Assembly (NCBI GenBank): GCA_965644295.1
Contig: CBFFRP010000136.1
Coordinates: 1 to 64,000, forward strand
Length of the DNA: 64,000 nt
DNA from: Paraphysomonas bandaiensis
Lineage: Eukaryota > Protista > Chrysophyceae
Reading direction: 5' to 3'
A program made the translations under genes and the position numbers. The notes beneath the pieces are model-generated. The model was not told the origin of the DNA. It saw nothing but the letters and a program-made list of their open reading frames with translations, and made no database searches. Shown here in pieces: positions 41,426-54,400 of this stretch (its first letter is position 1; each line of letters starts with the position of its first letter).

Positions 41426-42140
41426 CCGCCTCCCTCTCTCATCGCTCTCTTAGGCGTCAGATATTTTGATGTCTTCGTGTATATTTCGTTGACATGCTTA
41501 GGTACTTCTTGTGTTCTCATTGTGAGATCATAGAGGTAGCTAGTCTTGAAGTCTCCGTATCTTGTGTCATCTAACCCTCCAAAGAAGTCCGTCGCAATAT
41601 CCTCTTCACTCATTTCTGCGTTGTTCATATTTTTGTATGCTTCTAGGAGACGGTCGAATCTTTCTTTGTAAGTAACTATGCTTTCATATGCGCCTTGTTT
41701 GACCTGGTACTTTTTTCTTGCTTCCGCACGTTCCACTGTACTTACGCTGGAGTTAGTAGACACCTTGTGTGTTTGTTTGATAACTAGGCATAGTAATAGT
41801 GGATCCTTGGTCCTGTTCATAAGCTCGTACTCATCTAACAGCTTGACTGCGTCTATTGATTCTTGGCTCAGATGGTCTACCATAAACGAGTAGAATGCCG
41901 ATCTGTCATACAGCATCCTGTCCATCAATCTCCCTCTAGTCTTGATCTTGTCCTTCATCAAGTCGAGGTTGACTTCATAAGGGTCATTGTCCAAGTCAAA
42001 ATTCTCTTGGTTTATTGTATTGGGCTCATAATATTTGCCCAGCTCTACTAGGCGTGCAAGGCACCGTACTTTTGCATACTACCAGCCTCTGTTTGAATGT
42101 GGCGAGTTCGAGTTGGCACCGTATCTTTGTATCGGGTGTA
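41140..42140 (-). pseudogene. LTR-retrotransposon gag remnant
   Basis: VKQGAYESIVTYKERF, DIATDFFGGLDDTRY, degenerate knuckle (C/R)WGCGEPGH. Frameshifted upstream part; no pol. Confidence 0.75.
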
Positions 42141-42638
42141 TGAGGACAAGCTAGTACTTATCAGTATCATGATATGTATTAGCTTGAATATCTTATAGTG
42201 CGATACATACTATTTACCAGTGTTATCTTACTACTTAAAAGGAAAGTTGAATAGCTCTACAGCTCTCGAGAGTAACGCCTGACATCTCTGAGTGTGAGAC
42301 TGCTGTTTATTTCATATTATGAGTGTTGTAATTCCGTGTGCTTTGGCGCGTATGCGACTACTTTAAGAGTACTAATACGGACTTGGCCTTGTACAGGTAG
42401 TAGTATCTTAAAGAATTAATATCTCGTTCTACATCGTGTGTGTGCTATACCAACTTCACTAAAATATAAGGTTACAGTTTCAGATTTCAGACTATACGTC
42501 GTATTTATTTATCACATATATAAATATAATTCAAAAGCTATATACTCTACTGTCTACTGTGCTCTTTGGATGAACTTTCTCGAGTAGTAAGTACAGTAGG
42601 GCTAGAAAACAATATATTGCAATACTCTTTGATGTTTC

Positions 42639-43204
42639 CTAGCCCTGAAGTATAGTGCTCGTTATTTAAAAAGTACGTAGTTTGTTTGTTTGCTTCAATC
42701 ATCGCTGTATACCTGCGAGGGCCATACCAAGCAGTATTATATGGCATTTCGTAATGCAGAATGTTGAGTTCTGCAATATGATGTGATATATATTGTGCAA
42801 TTGAAGTGAGTTAACTGTGTACAATAGGTAAAGTCAACTCATAGGTGTAACGGGTGATTATAGTTACAAAGGAATTAAATTCAGTTACTGATGTGTGACT
42901 ATACAAGATATAGAGCTGACTGAAGAACATATGAGAAACAGATGTTGCTGAGGACAGATGTTTCAACATATGTTAGACGAATATGTAGTGAAGTGTTCAG
43001 AATAATAATTATAATTATTATTCTGAACACTTCACTACATATTCGTCTAACATATGTTGAAACATCTGTCCTCAGCAACATCTAGCCCTGAAGTATAGTG
43101 CTCGTTATTTAAAAAGTACGTAGTTTGTTTGTTTGCTTCAATCATCGCTGTATACCTGCGAGGGCCATACCAAGCAGTATTATATGGCATTTCGTAATGC
43201 AGAA
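42639..43204. repeat. 123-bp direct repeat (42639-42761 and 43082-43204)
   Basis: Identical text CTAGCCCTGAAG...GTAATGCAGAA at both sites. Confidence 0.93.
42940..43083. repeat. Perfect 144-bp spacerless palindrome
   Basis: 72-bp arms centred on AATAATAATTA|TAATTATTATT (43011/43012). Confidence 0.95.
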
Positions 43205-43485
43205 GTAGTTAAGGATCTATACATACATATCAATCTAATAATAGAAGGAAGTAATGAGCTTTGTAATTGCATGTTATAATAGTAAAAGGACTCGAAATAG
43301 CATGTGAAAGAGTTCATGTGAAAAAGTGGATTGGAGAAACAAAAGAGGTCATAGATTAAAAATATCTGTACAACAACGCAGATTATAGTTCGTGTATTGT
43401 TCGTGAAAATTCTTCATCGACAGTAGCAGTGCATGAATAACAAAAATTTCAAAACTTCTAGAGAAATATGCCCGACTTCCGTATA

Positions 43486-44605
43486 TCATAATTCATTAAT
43501 ATTGTATTCTGTCCAGTGTGGTTCGTACGATGCGCCGTTTTCGTCTTCCTTGTATTCTGCACTAACAGGAACAAAAGTCTTATCCAGATATACATTATCC
43601 CCTTTCAAAATTGATGACTTCGCCTGCATTTCCGATTCTTGCTTTAGCCATGTGGTTGCCTGTGTAGAGAAAAAGTCGGTCAGTATGCGTACAGTATACA
43701 TCAATGGCAACTACGCACTTCCACTAATATGGACTTCACAATAAAATTGATGGCAAACTTCGGCAGCCACTTTGGAAGGACAGCAGCTGTAGAATACAAG
43801 ACTCGGCTCCACTGCCTGCACACATAGTCAAACCAGTGAGTCATATTCATGTAAGGCATGATGTTGCAACTTTACCTTTTGGTAGGATGGGCCATAACCT
43901 GCCAGTGGCCAACACTGTCTTCTGCACAGAACAACATCAGTTTCATAAAACCCATATAAAGGTAACTTACCAAAATCACTCTTTCGGTCATAATCTAATG
44001 TCCAGGTTAAAGTGTTCATATCAGGTCTGTGTACTAGGCGTAAGAAGTAACCTACTTTTATGGCCAGAACGCCAGCTTCAAAAAGAGCAAATGTTACTTC
44101 GGAACCCTGTGAATTAAGATTGAGACGCGCATTTAAAAAAGCAATAGCAAATACATCTTCAAGTGTTTCCTGGCGGTAAACGGAGAGATGTTTAAGTGAA
44201 GGAACCATCGATGGGTACTTTTCAAATTCTAAGAGTTTCTTCATGCATACATGTGGAGGCGCATCAATATCCTGAATTACAGATGCACCACCTTTTCGGT
44301 CTGATATTTCATCACCTCGAATAATGACCTAGAAAACAGAGATTACCTTTGCTACTAATGTAAGACATAAGATTACCGGTTTACTGCTGTCCAGTAGTGC
44401 AAGCTGGTCTGCGTCGAGGCGGTAGGGCAAATGATAGCCAGTGTACTTCTTTAGATAGATATGAGTTACATAAATACTTGATAGTCATAAAAACCTTCAG
44501 TATTGCTTTATTGGGATGTTTTTGGTCGGCAGAATAGCACGATCCAGGGACGAAACATAACACCAACGCAATGCACGCTATGTACATGAAATGATGTATT
44601 ATCAT
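43486..44605 (-). CDS. Signal-peptide START/SRPBCC (polyketide-cyclase-like) protein (spliced)
   Basis: Hydrophobic N-terminus. Motifs QDIDAPPHVCMKKLLEFEKYPSMVP, LTWTLDYDRKSDF|DDSVGHWQV, TRVLYS, ATTWLKQESE. Confidence 0.75.
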
Positions 44606-45176
44606 TGCAGCAGATTCTCAGGTGAACTAAAACAAAGCACAAGAAGGCCCAATTATAGTCACTTGTCACTAGATCTTAACAGGGCCCAGTGATGAAGGCA
44701 GTATAACATACAAGTCAAATGCATGTGCTTGTTCTTCCTTCACGCCTCTGAGTAGACGTACAGCCCTATATACGATGTATTCCAGTACTGTATACCAATT
44801 GTATATTACTGTATACCAGTACCACAGGAGGCCGTTAATATATTATGAATACGCTCTGTAGTATGCCGTATATATACCCCTACACAACTGTGGACTGAAT
44901 CAACGGTTCAATACACCCCCATATTCTCTATATAGACCTAAACAGTTCATATGTATACGTATAGTATGTGTGTATGCCTATGGTTCCATCTGTATGTACA
45001 CATACATATACATATATACATACATACATATCCGTTCAATTCAACTCTTCACAGAATTGAATTATTATACAACGACAATATATCACATACAGCACTGTAA
45101 TAAGCCTACAGGGTCAAGTCGGTAATTGTTTCTCAGTCTCTATTGTTTATGTGTGTTACCTGATTCATTCGTCATT

Positions 45177-48100
45177 ATGAGTAGCGACGATTTGCTGTCA
45201 CAATCATTTTCTGCGTGTAAATTATCTCCCAGTGACAATAAAAGCACTACATTCGATAGCTCACATGTGTTTCAGAAGATGTATACAGATGAAACTAAGA
45301 TCAATATGTCCACACTTGAGGATGCCATTGAAATGATGAAAGAAAAAGCGATGACGAGTATTTCATTTCCAGAATTAATGATGTTTTTAGCAGGAAATAC
45401 TCATAAAGAAAATGAGCCTGATCAATCCAGTGCTCCCGAAGATCCTGTTCATACCCCGAAGGTTAGTACACCCGAAGACAGTGATGGGGCCAGTATATCA
45501 TCTTCCGTTGACTCATCGTGGTCGAAAGCATCATTGGATTCGCCGGTTCATAAGTTTAGTTTTAAAACCCCGCAGAAACTATTTACCTTTGAGGAACCAA
45601 GAGCAAAAAATAAGTCTTCCCAACCAGAAAAAGAACTCTCTACTGACCAAACAAGTAGATCACTGTTTGGATCATTTAATGACACTAAAGGTCCGGGTCA
45701 TGTGAAGAAGGAGTGCTCGATCGACCAAACAAATAAAACACCGTTTGGACCATTTACTGACACTAAAGGTTCAGATCCTGTGAATAAGGAGCCCTCGACT
45801 GAACAAACGAATAGAACACTGTTTGGATCATTTAATGATACTAAAGGTTCAGATCCTGTGAATAAGGAACCCTCGACTGAACAAACGAATAGAACACTGT
45901 TTGGATCATTTAATGATACTAAAGGTTCAGATCCTGCGAATAAAGAACCCTCGACTGACCAAACGAATAGAACACTGTTTGGATCATTTAATGATACTAA
46001 TGGCCAGGGTCCTGCGTCCTGGAGAGGTGTCCCTTATACTGGAAAGTCCCCCTTCTCTGAGGGCAATGATAATGCTCCCAGTAATCCTCCTATACCTTCG
46101 TTTGCCTTGGGATCCTCCTCCCAGACAAATAGTGGAAAGAACCGAGGAAAAGCTTCACGACGGCGACAACACCAGCCAAAGGAAAACAAACAGAATCATG
46201 AATCGAAACCTGCGAATACTTTGCCAGCTCAATCATTTGCATTCGGCAGCGGCTCTGGAGAAAAGAAATTTTCTTTTGGTGGTAGTCCTGCATCCTTCTC
46301 ACAAGAAGGGGAAGAAATGGATATCGGAACGACTGAAACTCAACCAGATCCTCCCGTAAACCCAACTACTCCTTTCAGAAAGAAAATACCAGCTAGTTCA
46401 AAAAAGAAGAAAAGTGCAGTAGGGACTGCGACTGGAAGCAAATCGCACCGTAAAAACTCGGCCCAAAGCAGCCATGCTATGCAAGAGCTCGATAACATGT
46501 TTGCTCGGATTCAAGTTGATGGCCTGTCGAGTGGTGATGATGTGGGGGCTGGTGTTGAAGGAAGAGACCAGCAGGCACAAAGGCCATTTTTCTATTTCCC
46601 GGCTGATAGCAACGACGAGCGCAGAGATGCTGAGGTAAATACAAAGAAATGCATTTAGTTCCGTGCCTCATTATTTTGTGTGGGCTATAATGCAGTCCGA
46701 GGCTAGTAGAGCGACGAATCAAGAGAGAAATGATATGGGAAAAAGTAGGAATAATACGAAGTAACTTAATACTTATCTAATATTTACTCGTGACAGATGA
46801 TCCTAACGACAGGATCGATGAGGTGACGATGAAGATGTCTGAACTTGCGGAATCCTACAAAATTCAAGGGAAAAAAGACTATAGCTCCCAGCACTACGAT
46901 TTGTGAGTCTGCTTATATATTTAGTTTTATATATCTTACCACATTTGTTGTTAGGGCGTATGATTCTTTCACGAAGGCTTTGGATGCCGCACCTCCTCAA
47001 TGGCGAGAGAAAGCCAATGTGTTATCAAATCGGGCTGCTGCCTTAATTATGATGGAACGGTAATCATGAGCGTCATTCGACGTAATTGATCAGCGTCTAA
47101 TATTACTATTGCAGATTGGTAGAAGCAATACAGGACTGCGAAGCAGCTACAGTAGTGGATCCGGAATTCGTAAAAGTGCACAGCAGACGCGGTCGAGCAT
47201 ATTTAAAACTTGGCAAAATAGAAGAGGCAACTGATGCCTTCATGCTGGTTTTGGGTTGGACAGTATCCACGGAAGAATCTAATGCGAATGACAAATTTGG
47301 TAGAGAAATAGCCCGACAAGCAATGAAACAAGTCGTTTTGGCGAAAACTCTTCGTGATAGACTGGTGAACGCCTCCAAGAGTAATGTAAAACAAAACTTA
47401 CAAACCGCTGAAGAACTGCTGGCGCTGTGTCCGTATATGAGAGAGGCTCAAACTCATAAGGCTCGAGCTTTATGTCAGCAGCATAAGTGGGACGAAGCGA
47501 AGCATTTCATGGAGTATTGTGTGTGTGCGATACACCCCTCCATGCAGAAGCTACACGCGCACTCATGCACAGAACTTTCCCTTGTGAAATTGGAGAATTT
47601 ATCGTGGCATGTGGATTCGAGTGGTGTTCTGAGAGTAAGAACAGATGCAGTGTGTATGGCTCTTTTGAGCATGGGCTCTTCAATGGCCCAGTGTTATTTA
47701 ACAACTCTAAAGAATCAAGCTATATGTAGAACGAGTTGTTCAGCAGATGTGATGCTGAGATTAACAGAAGTCTTGAATGCTGCGATTGATAGAACTTTTC
47801 AGCCACATACTACTTCAACTGTTGATATTGGTTGGGATTGGGTCGTATCAGAGCTAAGCAAGATACAACTCATAATATCCATTAAGAATGATGCGGATAG
47901 TAAATTTCGGAGTGGAATGTTTGTCGAGGCGATACAGCGCTATGGAGATGTCCTTCAGGTAACGTTTTCAGCATTGTATGTGGATATGATAGCCGATTTA
48001 ATGTTCACACACTGCATACAGGTTGATCCTGATGCTCATGTGTGGAATGCAATTATGTTCGGGAATAAGGCTGCCTCAGCAATGCGGCTCGGGCTATTTA

Positions 48101-48983
48101 GTGAGGCTGTGTCAGATTGTCACCAAAGTTTAGCTAGAGACCCAGAGTATTCGAGGGCCTATTTGCGTCGCGCGCGCGCTCAGAGAGTAGGTCTATTTAT
48201 ATGTAAACATCTCACTCTAACTTGGAAGAAAGGCTCTAGGTAATCACTCTGCCAGCGTTAGAGATTACAGAAAGTACCTCAAATCTGTGCCCAAGCCTCC
48301 TGATGCGACGTCTGTAGAAGAGGAACTTTTGGAAGTGTTACGTGCTAAATCCGATGAGGAGCGATGCCGCCGCGGAGCTCCTAATTGGAACAGCAATGGA
48401 AGAGGCCCGACGTATGAGAGCCGGGAAAATTACGACACGAGGGGTAATGCGAGATCTCAACAGGAAAAACCGTCGAGCTCATATTATGTATGTTTTTACA
48501 CTTTGCTTTTTCATGATCTTACTGAAAGTGTAGGCTTATCGTGAATCTGGGGCACATAAGAACCGCAAAAAGACCACACCACAAAAGAATGAGCGACAAG
48601 AAAAAGGTCATAGTCAAGGAAAGCAAATAGAACCCGAGGTCACATCAGCCAATTATTACCGTCGTTTGGGTTTACATGTAACTGCTACCGATCAAGAAAT
48701 CAAAGCTGCGTATCGCAAAATGGTAAGATGATATAAGAATGCTAGTTTAAAAAGTTGACATACGGATAGGCTTTAAAGTTTCACCCTGATAAAAACAAGG
48801 ATGAAGGAGCAGCTGAAATATTTAAAAGCGTGACAGAGGCATATTCCGTGTTGACTGACAAGGTACTTTCACTTCCATTCACTTTTAATACAATTTTATC
48901 ACATAGCTTTTGTGTAGTCAAATCGGAGAATGTATGATGACGCCAATACATATGGTAGAGAAAGCCGTAGAAGTCGTAGGTAG
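45177..48983 (+). CDS. TPR-containing J-domain co-chaperone (DNAJC7-like) with long low-complexity N-terminus
   Basis: TPR motifs ([36 protein letters not shown]). C-terminal J domain NYYRRLG...[17 protein letters not shown]. Confidence 0.92.
45630..46000 (+). repeat. Coding tandem repeat, 78 bp / 26 aa x ~5
   Basis: Unit [26 protein letters not shown]. Confidence 0.93.
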
Positions 48984-49505
48984 AATCGCCCCGACTGAGT
49001 TTGTTGTTGCAATGTTGGCTGAATTTCTACCATACTGGGGTCTAGTATGGTGGCTGTTAAATTTATACTAAACGAACTTTCTAGAATCATCTAGTATATA
49101 CTATATATTGACAGCAAATCAGTGATTATTTACTCTAATCTTTCCTATAAAGAGTTAAAATTAATTACTCATTATTAGTTTATAGTTACTCTACGTGCTC
49201 CGAAAACTACATACGTACTTTCAGTCAACTCTACTTTTACTTACTACCTGGAGAAGGTAAAAATATGTAAGATATATATGGTGCTATATCAATATAGATC
49301 GGCTCAACAAATATCTCTTGTATGATCTTCAGGTAAATGGAAAATACATTTCACTTCAATTTTCTAGTAGGTAAAGCTTAGGTGACTAGTTAATATGACT
49401 ATTCTAGCGAAGCCTACAAGAAAACAGTGCTAGGGGCAGCAGGAATTTAACTCTATTATTACCAAAAATTCGAGAGCACGAGGAAATCGATATCAGACAA
49501 GAAAC

Positions 49506-50569
<1,064 letters not shown>

Positions 50570-50869
50570 TCAGTTGTTAAGGTGAGAAAGTATCTTAGAC
50601 ACTGATGGGTGTTGGTAGAGTGTGTTGAGAGATATCTGAGATGTAAGTCATATCATGCACAGTGATCGAGAGCTGCTCTATATGGTACTCGTACAGGTGC
50701 TCTGCTGTGCATAATTGCTGTCATCTAAAAACTGCAGTAATTCCTAGAAACCTGTAATTTATTACCAATAAAGTAAAATATAGTGACTTTTATGATTTTC
50801 AGATTGCGGAGCACTAAAAAAACAATACTCCAATCAAAAAAATCGCAGCATAAGTCTAGAAGTCGGTGC

Positions 50870-50875
50870 AAAAAA
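50870..50875 (-). terminator. Pol III oligo-T terminator of 5S gene
   Basis: T6 on the - strand at the 3' end of helix I. Confidence 0.85.
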
Positions 50876-50993
50876 CGGACAGTACCCGGACTTCGCACGT
50901 GGTCACCCACCGTACTACTAACCGGGCCAGATGCAACTTAACTTCCGCGAGCGGAACGAGAGCGGGTGCGGTTTGCATTGTATGACCGTCCAT
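50874..50993 (-). rRNA. 5S rRNA gene
   Basis: ~120 nt, ATGGACGGTCATAC...GAAGTTAAG...GGTTAGTAGTACGGTGGGTGACCACGTGCGAAGTCCGGGTACTGTCCGT. 5' ATGGACGGT pairs with 3' ACTGTCCGT (helix I). Box A and box C-like elements are present. Confidence 0.95.
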
Positions 50994-51015
50994 GCCAGAC
51001 ACCATCAAATTACGG

Positions 51016-51025
51016 TATATATATA
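51016..51025 (-). promoter_or_regulatory. TATA-like element upstream of 5S
   Basis: TATATATATA at about -23 to -32 from the 5S start. Confidence 0.6.
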
Positions 51026-51477
51026 AAATGTGTATACATCCCCATCTCAAGAAGAAAAATCTACACCCCAAAACTATAATAAAAGTACGGGTAGTTTATC
51101 GCAACGGATCTTCCTTCCGGGATTAAAAAAAAAACAACTTTCAATTTTTTTCCATAACGGTCTCCTCATACAGTAATGTATTACTATGTATGTACAGCTC
51201 CAGTGCTGTACTCTGTACACATCTGGCCTCTCACTAGCTAAATAGTTACAGCAGTGTGGAGCACTGAGACCACAATATGTAACAATTTTATGTGGACTAG
51301 GTCGGGAATTATAGACCGATATGTCGTGTATCATTTAATGTAATGTATTGTGTACCTAGTGCACTGCAGTGATGATGTTAGTCTATAGATGTGAGACTTT
51401 TTGTTGCAACCATATTCAGATATTATAATATACTCGTGAGTTTCCAAGTACAACTGAGTTTTAGCGAAACATAAATC

Positions 51478-54400
51478 ATGAAACTGCTCGCTTACTTATT
51501 TCTCTGTGTATTCATATCAGTACAGATCACAATAGTGGATACCACGAATCATCCAACTAGTTTACCAAGTTGTAATCCCAGTGGGGTCCCTTCTCGCATG
51601 CCATCAGGTGTACCAACCGGTGAACCAAGTGGAGTTCCAACGCATATACCATCAATTTCTCCAAGCGGTGAGCCTAGTAGTATTCCAAGTGGTGAGCCTA
51701 CATCGGTTCCAAGCGGGGAACCATCGAGCATTCCCAGTGACGAGCCTACATCTCTTCCAAGTGGGGAACCGTCAAGTGTACCTAGTGGAGAACCATCAGG
51801 TCAGCCAAGCGGTGAACCGAGCAGTATTCCTAGTGGTGAGCCAAGTGGAATGCCAAGTGGTGACCCAACGTCGGTTCCCAGTGGTGAACCTTCAGGTGTT
51901 CCCAGTGGCGAACCAACATCAGTTCCCAGCAGGGTGCCATCGTGCATTCCCAGTAGTGAGCCGTCAGCTCTTCCAAGCGTTGATCCTAGCAGTATTCCTA
52001 GTGGGGAACCTTCAGGTATACCAACTGGCGAACCTAGCAGTATTCCAAGTGGAGACCCTACATCTAAACCTAGTGGTGAACCTAGTAGTATTCCGAGTGG
52101 AGAGCCCACATCACTTCCAAGTGGTGAGCCAACATCTCTTCCAAGTGGGGAACCATCGAATGTACCTAGTGGTGAGCCAAGTGCTGTTCCAAGTGGTGAA
52201 CCTAGCAGTGTTCCCAGTGGTGAGCCAAGTGGTATACCAACGGGCGAACCCAGTAGTATTCCAAGTGGTGAACCAACGTCTATTCCTAGCAGGGAACCTA
52301 GTAGTATGCCCAGTGGTGAGCCAACATCTCTTCCAAGTGGGGTACCGTCTAGTGTACCTAGCGGTGGGCCAAGCGCAGTTCCAAGTGGTGAACCCAGCGG
52401 TATTCCAAGTGGAGTACCATCAAGTATTCCAAGTGGAGAGCCGTCAGCTCTTCCGAGCGGTGAACCTAGCAGTATTCCTAGTGGTGAGCCAAGTGCTGTT
52501 CCAAGTGGTGAGCCAAGTGGTATACCAACGGGGGAACCAAGTAGTATTCCTAGTGGTGAACCAACGTCGATTCCCAGCGGGGAACCTTCAAGTGTTCCAA
52601 GTGGAGAGCCCACATCACTTCCGAGTGGGGAACCTAGTAGTATACCCAGTGGTGAGCCAACATCTCTTCCAAGTGGGGAACCGTCTAGTGTACCTAGCGG
52701 TGAGCCAAGTGCTGTTCCAAGTGGTGAACCTAGCAGTGTTCCTAGTGGTGAGCCAAGTAGTGTTCCGACGGGCGAACCTAGCAGTGTACCAAGTGGGGAG
52801 CCTACATCTATTCCCAGTGGTGAACCTAGTAGTATTCCCAGCGGTGAGCCAAGCGAAGTTCCAAGTGGAGAACCTAGCAGTATTCCTAGCGGTGAGCCAA
52901 GTGCAGTTCCAAGTGGTGAACCTAGCAGTATTCCTAGCGGAGAGCCAAGTGCTGTTCCTAGCGGTGAGCCAAGCAGTATTCCGAGTGGTGAGCCAACTCC
53001 TGTTCCGAGTGGAGAGCCTACATCTAATCCCAGTGTTGTACCTAGTAATATTCCGAGTGGTGAACCTAGTAGTATTCCCAGCGGGGAGCCTTCAAGTATT
53101 CCAAGTGGAGAGCCCACATCACTTCCAAGTGGGGAACCGTCTAGTGTACCTAGCGGTGAGCCAAGTGCTGTTCCAAGTGGTGAACCTAGCAGTGTTCCTA
53201 GTGGTGAGCCGAGTAGTGTTCCGACGGGCGAACCTAGCAGTGTACCAAGTGGAGAGCCTACATCTATTCCCAGTGGTGAACCTAGTAGTATTCCTAGCGG
53301 TGAGCCAAGCGCAGTTCCAAGTGGAGAACCTAGCAGTATTCCAAGTGGTGTGCCAAGCAGTATTCCGAGTGGTGAGCCAACTCCTGTTCCGAGTGGAGAG
53401 CCTACATCTTATCCCAGTGGTGTACCTAGTAGTATTCCTAGTGGTGAACCAACGTCGATTCCCAGCGGGGAACCTTCAAGTGTTCCAAGTGGAGAGCCAA
53501 CATCTCTTCCAAGTGGGGAACCGTCTAGTGTACCTAGCGGTGAGCCAAGTGCTGTTCCAAGTGGTGAACCTAGCAGTGTTCCTAGTGGTGAGCCAAGTAG
53601 TGTTCCGACGGGCGAACCTAGCAGTGTACCAAGTGGAGAGCCTACATCTATTCCCAGTGGTGAACCTAGTAGTATTCCCAGCGGTGAGCCAACATCTCTT
53701 CCAAGTGGGGAACCGTCTAGTGTACCTAGCGGTGAGCCAAGCGCAGTTCCAAGTGGTGAACCCAGCGGTATTCCAAGTGGAGAGCCGTCAGCTCTTCCGA
53801 GCCGTGAACCTAGCAGTATTCCTAGTGGTGAGCCAAGTGGTATACCAACGAGGGAACCAAGCAGTATTCCGAGTGGTGAACCAACGTCGATTCCCAGCGG
53901 GGAACCTAGCAGTTTTCCTAGCGGTGAGCCAAGCGCAGTTCCAAGTGGTGAGCCCAGCGGTATTCCAAGTGGAGAGCCGTCAGCTCTTCCGAGCGGTGAA
54001 CCTAGCAGTATTCCTAGTGGTGAGCCAAGTGCTGTTCCAAGTGGTGAGCCAAGTGGTATACCAACGGGGGAACCAAGTAGTGTTCCAAGTGGAGAGCCCA
54101 CATCACTTCCGAGTGGGGAACCTAGTAGTATACCCAGTGGTGAGCCCACATCACTTCCAAGTGGGGAACCGTCTAGTGTACCTAGCGGTGAGCCAAGTGC
54201 TGTTCCAAGTGGTGAACCTAGCAGTGTTCCTAGTGGTGAGCCAAGTAGTGTTCCGACGGGCGAACCTAGCAGTGTACCAAGTGGAGAGCCTACATCTATT
54301 CCCAGTGGTGAACCTAGTAGTATTCCCAGCGGTGAGCCAACATCGCTTCCAAGTGGGGAACCTAGCAGTATTCCTAGCGGTGAGCCAAGCGCAGTTCCAA

